Assembly: GCA_054661495.1 (NCBI GenBank)
Contig: BAAFSQ010000336.1
Span: forward strand, 1 to 10,123
Origin: Zygophlyctis sp. KS116
Lineage: Eukaryota; Fungi; Chytridiomycota
DNA: 10,123 bases
Direction of reading: 5' to 3'
Shown here piece after piece: positions 8,689 through 10,123 of this stretch (positions are counted from its first letter, which is position 1; the number at the start of each line of letters is the position of its first letter). A program made the position numbers and the translations under genes. The notes under the pieces are model-generated. The model had not been told where the DNA came from. It did no database searches and saw nothing but the letters and a program-made list of their open reading frames with translations.

Positions 8689-9048
8689 TCAAGATTTCTT
8701 AAAAAATCTCATAAATACAAATGTGCCTACAAAAGTCAATAAAACCACTAAAACCGATCCCCAGATTAGAAATGTAGTTGTCCAAGACGAAGACGTTAGA
8801 GATTTGATCTGTTTAGAAGCTTTAGAGAGTGAAATTGTCTGATTTTCTAATTTAAAAGAGATTTCTTTCAAGTTTGCATCTTCTCTAGTCAGAATATTAG
8901 AGAAATTTATAGAATTATTTTTAAGAATAGATGCTTTTTTGATTAATTCACTAGTCAGCTCTAGATCGCTATTTTGGATCTCTGAATTTACCAGCGTGAA
9001 TGGGTAAAAGTAGAAACTTATTGGTGCATCATCTTCCCAGTCAGACAT
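8689..9048 (-). CDS. USE1: Use1-like tail-anchored ER Qc-SNARE (119 aa)
   Basis: Heptad SNARE-like coil ELTSELIKKASILKNNSINFSNILTREDANL...LENQTISL followed by C-terminal TM FLIWGSVLVVLLTFVGTFVFMRFFKK, typical of Use1 C-termini. Confidence 0.7.
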   Translation of the reverse strand: MSDWEDDAPISFYFYPFTLVNSEIQNSDLELTSELIKKASILKNNSINFSNILTREDANLKEISFKLENQTISLSKASKQIKSLTSSSWTTTFLIWGSVLVVLLTFVGTFVFMRFFKKS

Positions 9049-9113
9049 TTTGTCTCACTTGTGTCACGGTTTCTTCTGTGCCAAGGATCCCTGATCAATG
9101 AAAGTACATAGTT

Positions 9114-9334
9114 TCATAAACCATTTTTATTTTTTTCGACGATATCAATGTTTGATTCAAGATTACTGTTTTCTTGGAGTTTTTTTTTAGTTTTCTTTGA
9201 GATTTTATAGATTTTTTGTTGTTTTATAGATTTTTGTGGAGTTTTTTGTTGTTTTCTTTGAGTTTTTAAGTATGGTTTTCTTTTAGTTTTCTAAAGATTA
9301 TATATTTTTTTGAGTTTTTTGTAATGGTTTACGA
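9114..9334. repeat. T-rich element, copy B, with terminal inverted repeats and internal sub-repeats
   Basis: TCATAAACCATT ... AATGGTTTACGA (12 bp, 1 mismatch). Internal repeated units TTTTTTGTTGTTTT, TTTTATAGATTTTT and TTTGAGTTTTT. Confidence 0.65.
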
Positions 9335-10048
9335 TGAAATGAAGGTAGACAGCTTGTTCCACAAGAGAGTCTTGGCAGATTCAATCAGTGCATCAGGAAC
9401 TGACATGATATCAGTTCCTACCGCATAATTTGCATTCAATTTCAAATTTTGGATTGCAGAGTCACAGTTTCCAATGTTACTTAGAAAATGTCCATGCGGT
9501 ATTAGAACAGAGACGGCGCCAAGTTTGCCAATGTCCATTCAATCCCCGAGTCATTTCGTCTACTCTTCTCTTGCATTCATTGACAAAAGAAACTCCTCCA
9601 TTGAGTCTTTCAGAATTGCAATAAAAAATCAAAGAATTCATACAATCCTGGAAAGGATTGCCATCTCAGAATTTGCAAATTTATCAAATTTCCTATTGAT
9701 GATGGAATTGATCCTGAGAGTTTATTGTTGGGAAGATAACTATCATTGTAAATTTAGAAAACAATTACAACTCTTTCAAATTTGTCATTTTCCAATCGAA
9801 GCAGGAATTGATCCATTGAGTTTTTAATTTTCAAGAATAGTAGTTACATTAAAGTTAAATTCTTCAGGTTTCCAGCAAATAATTACAGCGAAGTCAAGCC
9901 GGTCAATTGTCCAAGTGAAGTAGGAATTGATCGATCCCCACTCAAGTTGAGTGGGGATCGAAGCTTAATAAATTTGTTGGAACAGTCACAATCTACACCA
10001 GCCATTGAGCAACAAGCAGTGGCACTATAAGAAGAAACATCAGTAGAT
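9329..10048 (-). pseudogene. LRR + GNP(Y/F)QDC-domain pseudogene, paralog of the gene at 1-679
   Basis: Cap STDVSSYSATACCSMAGVDC matches 1-679, but the signal peptide region is absent. Same intron donor position (9886). LRR exon ~9839-9769 has a TAA, a 1-nt deletion and a lost acceptor. A 29-nt intron precedes an intact 72-nt exon 9739-9668 (YLPNNKLSGSIPSSIGNLINLQIL), joined out of frame to DGNPFQDCMNSLIFYCN...CKRRVDEM...WQTWRRLC, a frameshift at ~9485, then NCDSAIQNLKLNANY...LLWNKLSTFISS*. Confidence 0.88.
9931..9961. repeat. Perfect 15-bp-arm palindrome with 1-nt spacer
   Basis: TCGATCCCCACTCAA-G-TTGAGTGGGGATCGA. Confidence 0.95.
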
Positions 10049-10123
10049 GATTCGAACCTTTCAACTATTGGCCGCTGCTAGTAAGTTTAGTTTCGCGTTT
10101 TATGATATACAGGCGCATTTTCA

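Noticed and set aside
8996-9021. Possible 26-nt AT-AC intron (ATAAGT...TCAC) in the Use1-like gene
   Set aside because: Removing it alone introduces a stop, and rescue needs a 4-nt microexon; the unspliced frame is already open.
9170-9330. T-rich tract as telomeric repeat or retrocopy poly(A) tail
   Set aside because: No regular telomere unit, the adjacent pseudogene retains introns, and the tract has inverted termini.
8267-9827. Plus-strand ORFs 8267-8449, 9430-9624, 9474-9827 and stand-alone minus ORF 9329-9538
   Set aside because: The plus ORFs are antisense shadows. The minus ORF is a chimera whose second half is the frameshifted tail of the pseudogene.

Overview
AT-rich, very gene-dense eukaryotic nuclear DNA with the standard genetic code and tiny (22-34 nt) GT-AG introns. 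The gene content suggests an early-diverging fungus such as a chytrid, but that is inference. Backbone genes: a COX VIIc/Cox8-like small protein, a ~770-aa multipass membrane protein, calreticulin (HDEL), a Cys-rich type II membrane protein, a PTC7-type PP2C phosphatase and a short Use1-like SNARE. Interspersed among them are pieces of one accessory family. One is an apparently intact secreted plant-type LRR gene (679 to beyond the left edge) built from exact 72-nt one-repeat exons. Another is a decayed paralog (9329-10048) in which LRR exons join a Cys-rich 'GNP(Y/F)QDC' domain that I do not recognise. Two further copies of that domain lie at 791-1225 (decayed) and 8182-8607 (open frame). Two of the three domain copies end directly on a T-rich element bounded by short inverted repeats.
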